A stretch of 64,000 nt of DNA. It comes from Spirochaetia bacterium (lineage in GTDB: Bacteria; Spirochaetota; Spirochaetia; CADAEX01). Each line of letters opens with the position of its first letter. The first letter of the stretch is position 1. A program made the translations under genes and the position numbers. The notes under the pieces were generated by a model that had not been told where the DNA came from, ran no database searches, and saw only the letters and a program-made list of their open reading frames with translations. Location of the stretch: assembly GCA_963662265.2 (NCBI GenBank), contig CAXXHA010000029.1, positions 64,001-128,000 on the forward strand, read 5' to 3'. This document shows positions 18,575 to 28,473 of the stretch, in pieces.

Positions 18575-20089
18575 TTAAATCAGGCCGGAAAAAACAGCTC
18601 TTAAAGCTTTCCCGGCATATTCAGCAAGTTTTTCCGATTTGAAAAAACCTTCTTCATTATAGCATAAAAGTCCCGCATACTGGTGGATTAGTACACCTGC
18701 GGAAGCTGCATCTTCACAACTCAGCCCATATGAAAGAAGAGCTGAAATAATTCCTGCAAGGACATCACCGCTTCCTGCTGTGGCCATTGCAGAATTGGAT
18801 CCGTCAATTACTGTTATTCTGCCGTCAGGAGAAGAAATCCATATTACATGTGATTTAAGAACTGTTACTGTATTGTGTTTTTCAGAAAAACTGCGGATTA
18901 TTTCGAGCGGATTGTCCTGGATTTCTTTTCCTGATAGGCCTGTAAGCCTTGAAAACTCCCCTATATGAGGAGTAATTACAGATCTGCTGTTGTTTATTAC
19001 AAATCCTTCAGAAACAAGTTCAGACAGAAGATTTAGTGCATCTGCATCAATTACACACGGGATCGAGTCCTGCGATAAAAGTGATTTCAGCCATTTTTTC
19101 TTATTTACAGAGATCCCCCAGCCGGGGCCTACAGCAGCAGCACTGTATTTTTCAAGGGAGGATTTGTCAAAACAGCTGTAATCCTCCGTCCCTGTTATTA
19201 TTGATGGCGATATATTGGGGATGCTGATCAGCTCTTTCGGCAACTTGAGTGTAACAAGACCTGAAAGCGAATTAAGTGCAGCTGAGGCGCATAGAATTGC
19301 AGCCCCTGTCATTCCTTCAGAGCCTGCCAGTATAAGTGTGTGTCCCTTTGTGTTTTTATAGGAATAGGGGGACGGAGGATTTATAAGTGACTTAAGATCC
19401 TCAAATTCAAGGTAGCGGTTTTTAATTTTATCATCTTCTGTGAGATCGGGAGGAAACCCTATTGGGACACAGATTATCTTGCCGCATTTTTTTCTACCCG
19501 AAGGGGTGAGCAGTGATAATTTCGGGATTTCAACTGTCAGGGTTATATCTGCATCAACTGCGCAGTAACCTTCTATATAACTATCTCCGATTCCCGACGG
19601 AATGTCGATTGAACAGACTTTTGCAGAAGAGATGTTTATATGTCCGGTAATTTCTGCAGGTATATTTCCAAGTTCGCCTTTGAGTCCTGTACCAGAAAGA
19701 CCTTCAATAATCCATTCAGAGTCACTTATACACGCACAGGCAGTTTCCTTTTCTTCAGACCAGTCGATAATATCAATTCCGAGAGCCCGGCAGCTGTCAA
19801 GATGAGTCTTTACAAGTCCTTCTCTGAAACTGCTGTCTGGAATTATTACAGAACTAGTGCCTTTATTAAGGAAATGCTGTCTTGCCATTACAAGAGAATC
19901 ACCGCCATTGTTTCCTTTCCCTGCAATAAAAACAGTTTTTTCAGGGAGAATACCCTCCCAGACATTGTCAAGAAGAGAATTGTAAAGTTTTATTCCGGCA
20001 TTTTCCATGAGAACTATTCCGGGAATAAAATAATCAGACTGGGCTTTCCGGTCGATTTCCCCCATCTGTAGAGAACTTACTAATTTCAT
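18575..20089 (-). CDS. nnr: Bifunctional NAD(P)H-hydrate epimerase/dehydratase
   Basis: LMENAG, GKGNNGGD, IDIPSG (YjeF_N); GPGWG, IDADAL, TPHIGEF, ATAGSGDVLAG (YjeF_C). Confidence 0.95.
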   Translation of the reverse strand: MKLVSSLQMGEIDRKAQSDYFIPGIVLMENAGIKLYNSLLDNVWEGILPEKTVFIAGKGNNGGDSLVMARQHFLNKGTSSVIIPDSSFREGLVKTHLDSCRALGIDIIDWSEEKETACACISDSEWIIEGLSGTGLKGELGNIPAEITGHINISSAKVCSIDIPSGIGDSYIEGYCAVDADITLTVEIPKLSLLTPSGRKKCGKIICVPIGFPPDLTEDDKIKNRYLEFEDLKSLINPPSPYSYKNTKGHTLILAGSEGMTGAAILCASAALNSLSGLVTLKLPKELISIPNISPSIITGTEDYSCFDKSSLEKYSAAAVGPGWGISVNKKKWLKSLLSQDSIPCVIDADALNLLSELVSEGFVINNSRSVITPHIGEFSRLTGLSGKEIQDNPLEIIRSFSEKHNTVTVLKSHVIWISSPDGRITVIDGSNSAMATAGSGDVLAGIISALLSYGLSCEDAASAGVLIHQYAGLLCYNEEGFFKSEKLAEYAGKALRAVFSGLI

Positions 20090-21301
20090 CTATTTATCCT
20101 TTAAAATCTGATCAGTCCTCCACCATACTACAGAAGAATTATCAGTTCCTGATAGAATTGATGTAATTATTCCATTGCTGTCCAGATCAAAATCCATGCT
20201 GTTTAATGCACTGTCACCTGTATTGAGTTTTGTTGTATATAAAACATTACCATCTGTGTTGAGTATCAAAAGCTGATAACTGTTGTCTCCAACAATTGAT
20301 GACAGGAATATCTTGTCATTACCGACAATCCCCAGTGTATTGTATATAACCTGAAGCCTCTCATCACTGAAAGATATAGTACTGCTGCTGCTGGTAAATG
20401 CTTCTGGAATATCTGTGATTGTATCGAAATTCCCTGTATCAAGATTAAGTACATAGATTGCTGATTTAAAGTAATCTACATCAGTTTCCTTTCCAGTCTG
20501 TTTATTGATAATTCTTTTATAGAAATCGCATTTTATAAATAATTTATGATCACTTTCAGGGATCTGTACAGAATCTACTGTAAGGAGAATATTCCGGTCT
20601 TCAGGTGCTGGAATTGAAGTATTTCTTATATCAATCTGATAGAGAAGCTGGCCAGTGCTGTCAAACCAGTAAACAGGGTTTGAATCTGATGTCTTTGAAA
20701 CAACAACAAGATTGTTTTCCGAATTTGTCTGCATATCAGTAATATAGGGAAAAGGCATTCCTCCTGGACCATCCTGACCGATATAATCTGAATAATTCCC
20801 ACCTCTGTCAAAACGGTAGACAACTCCTGTAAGCATTGTATTGAGGTTGTTGTCCCATTCCTGCCTGTCAGGAGGGAGAAGATCACTTACATATATATTC
20901 TGATTGGAATCCACAGCTATTGAAGAAGCATTGTTAAACGGGAAAGAAATACCTTTTCTGTTTGATATAACATCTGTACTGTTATCCCTTTCCACAATAA
21001 TCGGGACAGGATTGAGTTTCTCATTCATTATCACAGACAGCAAGTCTCCGTATGAGTTGAATTTCATCACTTTCTGGAGATTCCCATTCAGTAAATAAAT
21101 AATACCATCTTTCATTGCAAGATCAGTTGAAATAGGAATATCAAATGATTTTTTCTGTGTCAGATCAATTTCATCTTCGAGTTTGCCGTAACTTATATCA
21201 AAAAGTTTTTCCCTTTTAATATAATCAGATTTTCCGGATCCGCAGGAAATTGCGGAAAACATTATAAGCAGGATTATTATTGTTTTTATTGTTTTTTCCA
21301 T
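20090..21301 (-). CDS. Spirochete-type beta-propeller-like lipoprotein (LIC_12708-like)
   Basis: Lipobox AIS-C; FNSYGDLL and YIGQDGPGGMPFPYI motifs; divergent from secA. Confidence 0.75.
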   Translation of the reverse strand: MEKTIKTIIILLIMFSAISCGSGKSDYIKREKLFDISYGKLEDEIDLTQKKSFDIPISTDLAMKDGIIYLLNGNLQKVMKFNSYGDLLSVIMNEKLNPVPIIVERDNSTDVISNRKGISFPFNNASSIAVDSNQNIYVSDLLPPDRQEWDNNLNTMLTGVVYRFDRGGNYSDYIGQDGPGGMPFPYITDMQTNSENNLVVVSKTSDSNPVYWFDSTGQLLYQIDIRNTSIPAPEDRNILLTVDSVQIPESDHKLFIKCDFYKRIINKQTGKETDVDYFKSAIYVLNLDTGNFDTITDIPEAFTSSSSTISFSDERLQVIYNTLGIVGNDKIFLSSIVGDNSYQLLILNTDGNVLYTTKLNTGDSALNSMDFDLDSNGIITSILSGTDNSSVVWWRTDQILKDK

Positions 21302-21681
21302 TGCTGAAAATGATACTATTACACATATTTAATGTCAATCTTGACTGTATATACAAAAAAAATATAAATTAATTTGGTTTAATACAGATTAATTTGTTAT
21401 TATTCATATACAGCATTTGTGCATGAAAAAAGGCATAATTTACCCATATGTCAGATTGCAGATGACTGGTTAGTAAAGTAACGGTCAGTAAAATAAATGC
21501 AGGCAGGGGAAGGTTACTATAAAAGATATGGATTGTATAGCAGGTTTTATACAATCTAACGAAATAGACTATCGTCTGTACTTGAAAATAAAAATACGCA
21601 GCAGGCTGCGGGAAATCTGTCCAGGAATTATCAGGAATATAAAACCCGCCCTGTGAATAAATATCAGGAGAATATCAGTAT

Positions 21682-24372
21682 ATGATTACTAAAATAGTTG
21701 AAACTGTTTTCGGTTCGAAACATGAAAAAGATTTAAAGGAACTTCTTCCTATTCTTCATAAAGTAAATGAAAAAGAGGGTTGGGCTGTTGCTCTTTCAGA
21801 CAGTGAACTGAAAGAACAGACTGCTGTGTTGAGAGGAAGGCTTAACAACGGGGAAACAACAGATGATATTCTCCCTGAAGCATTTGCAGTTGCAAGAGAA
21901 GCTGCAAGAAGAACTCTAGGGGAACGGCCCTATGATGTGCAGATCCTGGGAGGGATTGTACTTCACCAGGGCAAGATTACAGAAATGAAAACCGGCGAGG
22001 GTAAAACACTTTCCAGTGTCACAGCTGCCTATCTTAATGCACTTACAGGCGAAGGTGTCCATATTGTAACAGTCAATGATTATCTTGCTGAAAGGGATGC
22101 CGGCTGGATGAAGCCTGTTTATGACCTTCTTGGAATTACTGTTGGGTTTATTATTTCAAATATGACTAACGAGGTCAGGCAGAAAGCTTATGAATGCGAT
22201 ATTACATACGGAACAAACAATGAACTTGGATTTGACTATCTCAGGGATAATATGAGATGGAAAAATTCAGAAATTGTTCAGAGATCCCATCATTTCTGTA
22301 TAATTGATGAAATAGACTCAATTCTTATTGATGAAGCAAGAACTCCGCTTATTATTTCAGGTGCGGCTGATGATGATACCAGGAAATTCTATGAAGTAAA
22401 CAAAATAGTGAATCAGCTTTATGAATGCGGGAAAGATCCTGAAACTGGTGAATACCCTGAAGAGCCATCCGGTGATTATAAAATCGATGAAAAGGGCAAG
22501 AGGGTGACTTTTACCGATGAAGGTATGAATAATCTTGAAAAAATACTTATCAGAAACGGTATTATAAGGGACTCACTTTTTATCGATGAAAATTTCGAAT
22601 ATGTGCATTATATGACACAGGCTCTCAAGGCTCACCTTCTTTTCCACAAGGATGTTGACTATGTTATTCAGCAGGGACTTGTTCAGATTGTTGATGAGTT
22701 TACAGGCCGTATACTTTCAGGAAGACGTTATTCAGACGGGCTTCATCAGGCGATTGAGGCAAAGGAAAAGATAAAGGTAGCCCAGAGAAACAAGACTCTC
22801 GCCACAATTACATTCCAGAACTTTTTCAGGCTTTATGACAAGATATCCGGTATGACAGGTACTGCCGATACTGAAGCGAGGGAATTCGCGAGAATTTACA
22901 ATCTTGATGTAGTTGTTATACCCACCAACAAACCTGTTGCAAGGCTTGACCAGGATGATGAAATATATCTCAATGAAGATTTCAAGATAAATGCTATATG
23001 TGATGAAATATCAGATGCTCACAGCAAGGGACAGCCGATACTTGTCGGTACTGTTACTATCGAAAAATCTGAACTGATTTCAAAAGCGCTTACAAAACGG
23101 GGTATACGTCATGAGATCCTGAATGCAAAGAATCATGCAAGGGAAGCATTGATAATTGCAGAAGCGGGGGCAAAGGGTGCAGTAACTATTGCAACAAACA
23201 TGGCAGGACGAGGTACTGATATCAAGCTCGGGGGTAACCCGGAGTTCAGGGCGAGAAAAACTGCAGGGACTGAAGCTGGTGAGGAAGAATACAGAAAAGC
23301 ATATATCCGCGAGTATGAAAAGTGGAAAAAAGACTATGAAGAGGTTAAAAACTGCGGAGGACTCTTTGTACTCGGTACTGAACGGCATGAATCAAGGCGA
23401 ATCGATAATCAGCTGAGGGGACGATCAGGCCGTCAGGGTGACCCGGGGCGTTCCAAGTTTTATATTTCTCTCGATGATACACTCATGAGACTTTTCGGCG
23501 GGGAGAACATGAAAAACCTGATGTCAAAGGCTGGAATGAAGGATGATGAGCCTATTCATCATCCATGGATAAGCAAATCAATAGAAAAGGCACAGAAAAG
23601 GGTTGAAGAAAGAAATTATGAAATAAGAAAGCATCTTCTTGAATTTGATGATGTACTCAATGAACACAGGAAATACATTTATACTCAGAGAGATTCAATA
23701 CTTTCCGATGAAAACCAGAAAGAGAGAATAATATCCATAGTAGATGAATATCTGAGTGAAATATTCCCTGATGTGAAAACTCCTGTGGAAAACAGTCAGT
23801 CGGCAGAAATGCTGGCAGAAACTCTGATGTACAAGCCGGAAATTGATCAGGAAAAACTGGAAGAGATGACTGCTGATGAATTCCGTGATGAAGTTTATAA
23901 GGCAATCAAGGCTGACATGGATGACAAGGAAGATCAGCTTGGAAAGGAAAATTTCAACATGTTTGCAAAAATAGAATACATGAGATCTATTGATGCGAAA
24001 TGGCAGGATCATCTTGAAAACCTTGAAGCGCTTAGAGAGGCTGTTTACCTCAGAACTTACGGGCAGAAAAATCCTCTACTTGAATATAAGCTTGAAGGAT
24101 TTGAAATTTTTGACAACCTGATTGAAGATATCAGGAAAGCTGTGGTGAGAAAACTGATAAATGTGAGAATAAGAAATTTCGACAGCGACAGGAAATCCAC
24201 GGCTGATACAGCTGCACAGGCGACACACCAGGCGATGAATCAGCTTTCTTCGGGTTCTGCTAATTCAAAACCTTCCGGAGTACAGGTGAAGAGAAGTGTG
24301 CCCAAGGTTGGGCGGAATGATATGTGCCCCTGCGGAAGCGGCAAGAAATATAAGCACTGCCACGGCCGGTAG
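21682..24372 (+). CDS. secA: Preprotein translocase ATPase SecA
   Basis: [66 protein letters not shown]. Confidence 0.99.
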   Translation: MITKIVETVFGSKHEKDLKELLPILHKVNEKEGWAVALSDSELKEQTAVLRGRLNNGETTDDILPEAFAVAREAARRTLGERPYDVQILGGIVLHQGKITEMKTGEGKTLSSVTAAYLNALTGEGVHIVTVNDYLAERDAGWMKPVYDLLGITVGFIISNMTNEVRQKAYECDITYGTNNELGFDYLRDNMRWKNSEIVQRSHHFCIIDEIDSILIDEARTPLIISGAADDDTRKFYEVNKIVNQLYECGKDPETGEYPEEPSGDYKIDEKGKRVTFTDEGMNNLEKILIRNGIIRDSLFIDENFEYVHYMTQALKAHLLFHKDVDYVIQQGLVQIVDEFTGRILSGRRYSDGLHQAIEAKEKIKVAQRNKTLATITFQNFFRLYDKISGMTGTADTEAREFARIYNLDVVVIPTNKPVARLDQDDEIYLNEDFKINAICDEISDAHSKGQPILVGTVTIEKSELISKALTKRGIRHEILNAKNHAREALIIAEAGAKGAVTIATNMAGRGTDIKLGGNPEFRARKTAGTEAGEEEYRKAYIREYEKWKKDYEEVKNCGGLFVLGTERHESRRIDNQLRGRSGRQGDPGRSKFYISLDDTLMRLFGGENMKNLMSKAGMKDDEPIHHPWISKSIEKAQKRVEERNYEIRKHLLEFDDVLNEHRKYIYTQRDSILSDENQKERIISIVDEYLSEIFPDVKTPVENSQSAEMLAETLMYKPEIDQEKLEEMTADEFRDEVYKAIKADMDDKEDQLGKENFNMFAKIEYMRSIDAKWQDHLENLEALREAVYLRTYGQKNPLLEYKLEGFEIFDNLIEDIRKAVVRKLINVRIRNFDSDRKSTADTAAQATHQAMNQLSSGSANSKPSGVQVKRSVPKVGRNDMCPCGSGKKYKHCHGR

Positions 24373-24387
24373 GTTTTTGGTTTGGTT

Positions 24388-25295
24388 TTATGGGGACGGA
24401 GGAGCCCCTTTTTGTATAGGCAGATTTGACTTGCTTGGGGTTATGGGGACGGAGGATTACTCTGCCATTTTCTGCTCTGTTTAACAGGGACGTAGGACTC
24501 TATCTTTTACCGGATTTGAAGCAATATTGATAATTACTCTGTTAATTAAGGCATGAGACGTCCCCGGCAGCTTAAAGAAAATGCATTATATCATATTACT
24601 GCCAGAACAAACAGGCAGGAATTTATTCTTGAATCTGATGCAATAAAGCAGCTATTTATGTTGATTGTTATCAGGGCTAAAAAGATATACAGCTTTAAAA
24701 TATATAATTTTTGTATTATGGACAATCATATCCATTTTCTTATTAAGCCATTGTATTCAAAAGATTTACCTAAAATAATGCAATGGATTTTGAGTAATTT
24801 TGCTGTTAAATACAACAGGATGAACGGTTTTCACGGACATGTGTGGTATGACAGGTATAAAAGTGTAATTGAAGAATCGTATAGCCAGTTTATAAAAGCT
24901 TATGAGTATATAAGCAATAATCCTGTAAAGGCTGGAATTGTTAAAAATGCAGAAGAATACTATTACAGCGGAAGTTTATTTATAAAAAACAGAATACATG
25001 AAATTATTGAGCCGCCCGGGAATTTTTCTTTTTTATGAAATATAATAATTAAAATTATTTTAATCTGTTTAAAAATCAAAGTAGTTGTGTTAAAGAAACA
25101 CTGATCCATAATTAAAAAATATGTAGTTATAAATAATTTACATTACAGTAATATAATAAATACTTAAATTAAAAAATAATCTCACCAAAAAAATTATCAA
25201 GGAAAAATACTTGTTTAAAATAACAAGAATATAAAAAGTACTAAGTTGAGAGGGAGGATAATATTAAGATTGTCTTAAAATAATCCTCCGTCCCC
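24388..25295 (+). mobile_element. RAYT element flanked by GGGGACGGAGGATTA repeats
   Basis: Three direct copies upstream (24392, 24445, degenerate 24486) and one perfect inverted copy at 25281-25295 around a Y1 transposase. Confidence 0.8.
24553..25038 (+). CDS. REP-associated tyrosine transposase (Y1 HUH, IS200-like fold)
   Basis: MRRPR...YHITAR, FCIMDNHIHFL (HUH), GHVWYDRY, YISNNPVKAG. Confidence 0.92.
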   Translation: MRRPRQLKENALYHITARTNRQEFILESDAIKQLFMLIVIRAKKIYSFKIYNFCIMDNHIHFLIKPLYSKDLPKIMQWILSNFAVKYNRMNGFHGHVWYDRYKSVIEESYSQFIKAYEYISNNPVKAGIVKNAEEYYYSGSLFIKNRIHEIIEPPGNFSFL

Positions 25296-25304
25296 TTAAA
25301 AACA

Positions 25305-26528
25305 CTAATTCAGCTGCTTCAGCGGATCAATCGGTTTCTGGTTCTTGTAGATCGAAAAGTGGAGATGCGGTCCGGTACTCCGCCCTGTGTTTCCAAGCTC
25401 TGCAATTATCTGCCCCTGTGAAATATTCTGCCCCTTTCTAACCAGATACTTATTCAGGTGGGCATACAGCGACTGATAACCGCCGGGGTGCTTTATAATT
25501 ATATAATTGCCGTAAACAAGACTTCTTCCGGTTTTAAGGACTTTACCGTCAAGTGTCGCTTTGACTGCTGTTCCTGTCTTGTTTGCTATATCAATACCAC
25601 TATGCATGCTTCTTCTGCCGGTGAACGGGTCTTTTCTGTAGCCGAAGGGTGATGTAATTCTCCCTTTTACAGGAAAAAGGAAAAGTTCCCCGAGAGTCTT
25701 TTTCAGTTCGAAAGAACTTATTGTAGCATCAGGAATGAAAAGTTTCTGTCCTGTTCTTATGAGGGAAGATTCAAGATCATTCATATCGAGAAGGCGGTTG
25801 AATGAAATATCATATTTCCCGGCAATTCTGCTCAGCGAATCACCTTTTCTCACTTCATACATGATACCGTCATACTGGGGTATGTTGAGTACTGTTCCTT
25901 TGTAAAGTTTTTTTGCATTTTTAATTTTGTTGAAACTGATAACTGTCCCTATTGAGACATTATGTTTTGATGCTATTGTTGAGAGGGAATCACCGTTTTT
26001 CACAGTATATTTTTTAATTTTAAGACCTTTCAGTATTGACAGATCAACTTCCTCTGTATTTTTCTGTTTTTCTCCGTTGTTCAGGAATACAGATTTCATA
26101 CTGTCTTCAACAGATGAATCTTTCTGAAACATGATAAAATCTTCAGCAGGATTAACTGCTGTTGATGATATTGAGCTTGAAAAAATAAATCCGAATAGAA
26201 TCAGAAACGCAGTTCCGCTTGTGAAAATATATCTGATTTTCAACGAGAACTTTTTCTTCCTCTTTGCTGATTCTTTCTTTTTCTCTTCAATCTTTAATCT
26301 GAGATGTGAAATAATCTGTTTCGGCAGGATCAAGCTGTTTTTACGTATCCTGTTTCTTCTGAAATTCTGCTTGAAATTCTGTTTTACAGAATTTACAGGC
26401 CTTGAATGTCGGTAATGAGATTTTACCTTTCCGTTAACAGGTTTACTGTTCCATATCATGGAATTACTGTTAACTGATTTTCTGTTTCGTTTGACTATTT
26501 TCTGCTTAAAATTAAGTAAATTATCCAT
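25305..26528 (-). CDS. LysM-LysM-M23 peptidase with N-terminal basic region and TM anchor
   Basis: Two LysM repeats (YTVKNGDSLSTIA, YEVRKGDSLSRIA); HSGID; STGPHLHF. Confidence 0.93.
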   Translation of the reverse strand: MDNLLNFKQKIVKRNRKSVNSNSMIWNSKPVNGKVKSHYRHSRPVNSVKQNFKQNFRRNRIRKNSLILPKQIISHLRLKIEEKKKESAKRKKKFSLKIRYIFTSGTAFLILFGFIFSSSISSTAVNPAEDFIMFQKDSSVEDSMKSVFLNNGEKQKNTEEVDLSILKGLKIKKYTVKNGDSLSTIASKHNVSIGTVISFNKIKNAKKLYKGTVLNIPQYDGIMYEVRKGDSLSRIAGKYDISFNRLLDMNDLESSLIRTGQKLFIPDATISSFELKKTLGELFLFPVKGRITSPFGYRKDPFTGRRSMHSGIDIANKTGTAVKATLDGKVLKTGRSLVYGNYIIIKHPGGYQSLYAHLNKYLVRKGQNISQGQIIAELGNTGRSTGPHLHFSIYKNQKPIDPLKQLN

Positions 26529-26580
26529 AAATACTTTATTTATATCGACAATTAAAGCGGAACATATTAATATACTTTTA

Positions 26581-28473
26581 ATGAAAATTCAGAATAAGGA
26601 TTTAAGAAAAACAATATTTACTGTTTTCACAGCTCTGGTAATTTTTATTATTACAGCCAAGTACCTGTCAGTTATGCTTTTTTCCTTCAGCAGTGATGAT
26701 GCTTTTATAAATGAGAAACCCATGGTCGAAAGAGGGCCTATTCTTGACAGGAATGGAAGAATACTGGCTATACAGACACGCCTTTATTCAGTGACAGCGT
26801 GGATTCCTGGTATTATTGACAAGGAAAAAACTGCTGAAATCCTTTCATCTGAACTTGATATTGATTATAACCAGCTCCTGTCTGATCTTGAAAACCGAAA
26901 CAGGTTTATGTATGTCAAAAGAAAGATATCACCTTCTGAGAGTGAAGTTATACAGCAGTTTATTGATGAAGGACGACTTCCCGGAATAGGACTTGAACCT
27001 GAATATGGGAGAAATTATCCTGAAAAAAAACTTGCTTCCCATCTTATTGGATATACAGGGACAGATAATAAAGGGCTTGATGGTATAGAATATACATATG
27101 ACAGTGTTCTTTCTCCTCTTCCTCAGTCAGGTAAAAAAAGAGGTAAAATAAAGGAAACATACGGCAACCAGGTATTCCTTACAATCGATATGAATATCCA
27201 GAATTTTGCCTATCAGGCATCTCTGGAAGCTTACCGGAAATATGATGCGGATTCTGTAATAACTCTGGCAATGGAGGCTGATACAGGTGAAATTCTTGCC
27301 TATGTATCTGTTCCTGAGATTGACCCGAATAATTTTTCTGATTCAACTAAAAATGAAAGAATCAACCGCCCTCTAAATGTGGCATATGAACCTGGTTCTG
27401 TATTCAAGATATTTTCCGTAGCATCTGCATTGGATCTTGGTGGAATTGACCGGAATACAGTATTACACTGTAACGGTTACTATGAGATTAAGCTGGAAAA
27501 TACCGATCCGATAAAAATTAAATGTCTGGGTAATCACGGTGATGTTACAGCTGAAACAATACTTAAATACTCCTGCAACTCGGGGGCTGCCTATGCTGCT
27601 GAAACATTATCTGATGATTCATTTTACCAGATGCTTAAAATGTTTGACTTCGGGACAAGGACCAACCTTCCTCTTCCCGGCGAGAGCAAAGGGCTGTTGA
27701 GAAACTACACCGACTGGTCTTTAAGGTCAAAGCCTACAATATCTTTCGGGCAGGAGATATCTGTTTCCGCGATGCAGATGGTGAAAGCCGCAACTGTGTT
27801 TGCGAACAAGGGGATGATGCTTAAGCCCCATATAGTGAAAAAAGTGCTTTCACATGACGGCAGGATTATTGAAGAAAACAGAAGGGAACCCATAAGGCAG
27901 GTGCTTCTTCCTGAGACTGCTGACCAGATACTTGAAATGATGCTGAGTGTATCAAAACATGACGGCGGGACCGGATGGAGAGCTGCTGTTGACGGTATTG
28001 ATATGTCTGTAAAAACAGGTACAGCACAGCTTCTTGACAGGGAAACCGGTAAATACTCTGATAAATCATATATATCATCATGCATGGCTATATTCCCTCA
28101 GGAAGATCCTGAAATAATTCTTTATAATGTAATTATTAATTCAAAAAAGAAAAGTATATACGGAGGTGTTATATCAGCCCCCCTTGTAGGTAAAGTGGCA
28201 GATAAGATTGTATCGTATCTTGGAATACCGAGAAAGGGTGATGTAGTTGTCGATCATTCAGGACGAGTGGTGCTCACAAAACCTGAATATGTCAGTGAAA
28301 TAGGGGATACAGTTCCTGATTTTACCGGACTGTCAAAGAAACAGATACTTCCAGCTCTAAAAGATCCCCGGCTTGATATAGTGATTAATGGTGAGGGCTG
28401 GGTGTATCAGCAGTCTCCGCCTCCGGGCACGGAAATAAAAGGAAAAACAGCAATTACACTGGATTTGAAATGA
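26581..28473 (+). CDS. Class B penicillin-binding protein (FtsI-like) with PASTA domain
   Basis: RGPILDRNG, EPGSVFK (SxxK), SCN, KTGTAQ, C-terminal VPDFTG; ATG 26581 avoids overlap with the divergent gene. Confidence 0.92.
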   Translation: MKIQNKDLRKTIFTVFTALVIFIITAKYLSVMLFSFSSDDAFINEKPMVERGPILDRNGRILAIQTRLYSVTAWIPGIIDKEKTAEILSSELDIDYNQLLSDLENRNRFMYVKRKISPSESEVIQQFIDEGRLPGIGLEPEYGRNYPEKKLASHLIGYTGTDNKGLDGIEYTYDSVLSPLPQSGKKRGKIKETYGNQVFLTIDMNIQNFAYQASLEAYRKYDADSVITLAMEADTGEILAYVSVPEIDPNNFSDSTKNERINRPLNVAYEPGSVFKIFSVASALDLGGIDRNTVLHCNGYYEIKLENTDPIKIKCLGNHGDVTAETILKYSCNSGAAYAAETLSDDSFYQMLKMFDFGTRTNLPLPGESKGLLRNYTDWSLRSKPTISFGQEISVSAMQMVKAATVFANKGMMLKPHIVKKVLSHDGRIIEENRREPIRQVLLPETADQILEMMLSVSKHDGGTGWRAAVDGIDMSVKTGTAQLLDRETGKYSDKSYISSCMAIFPQEDPEIILYNVIINSKKKSIYGGVISAPLVGKVADKIVSYLGIPRKGDVVVDHSGRVVLTKPEYVSEIGDTVPDFTGLSKKQILPALKDPRLDIVINGEGWVYQQSPPPGTEIKGKTAITLDLK

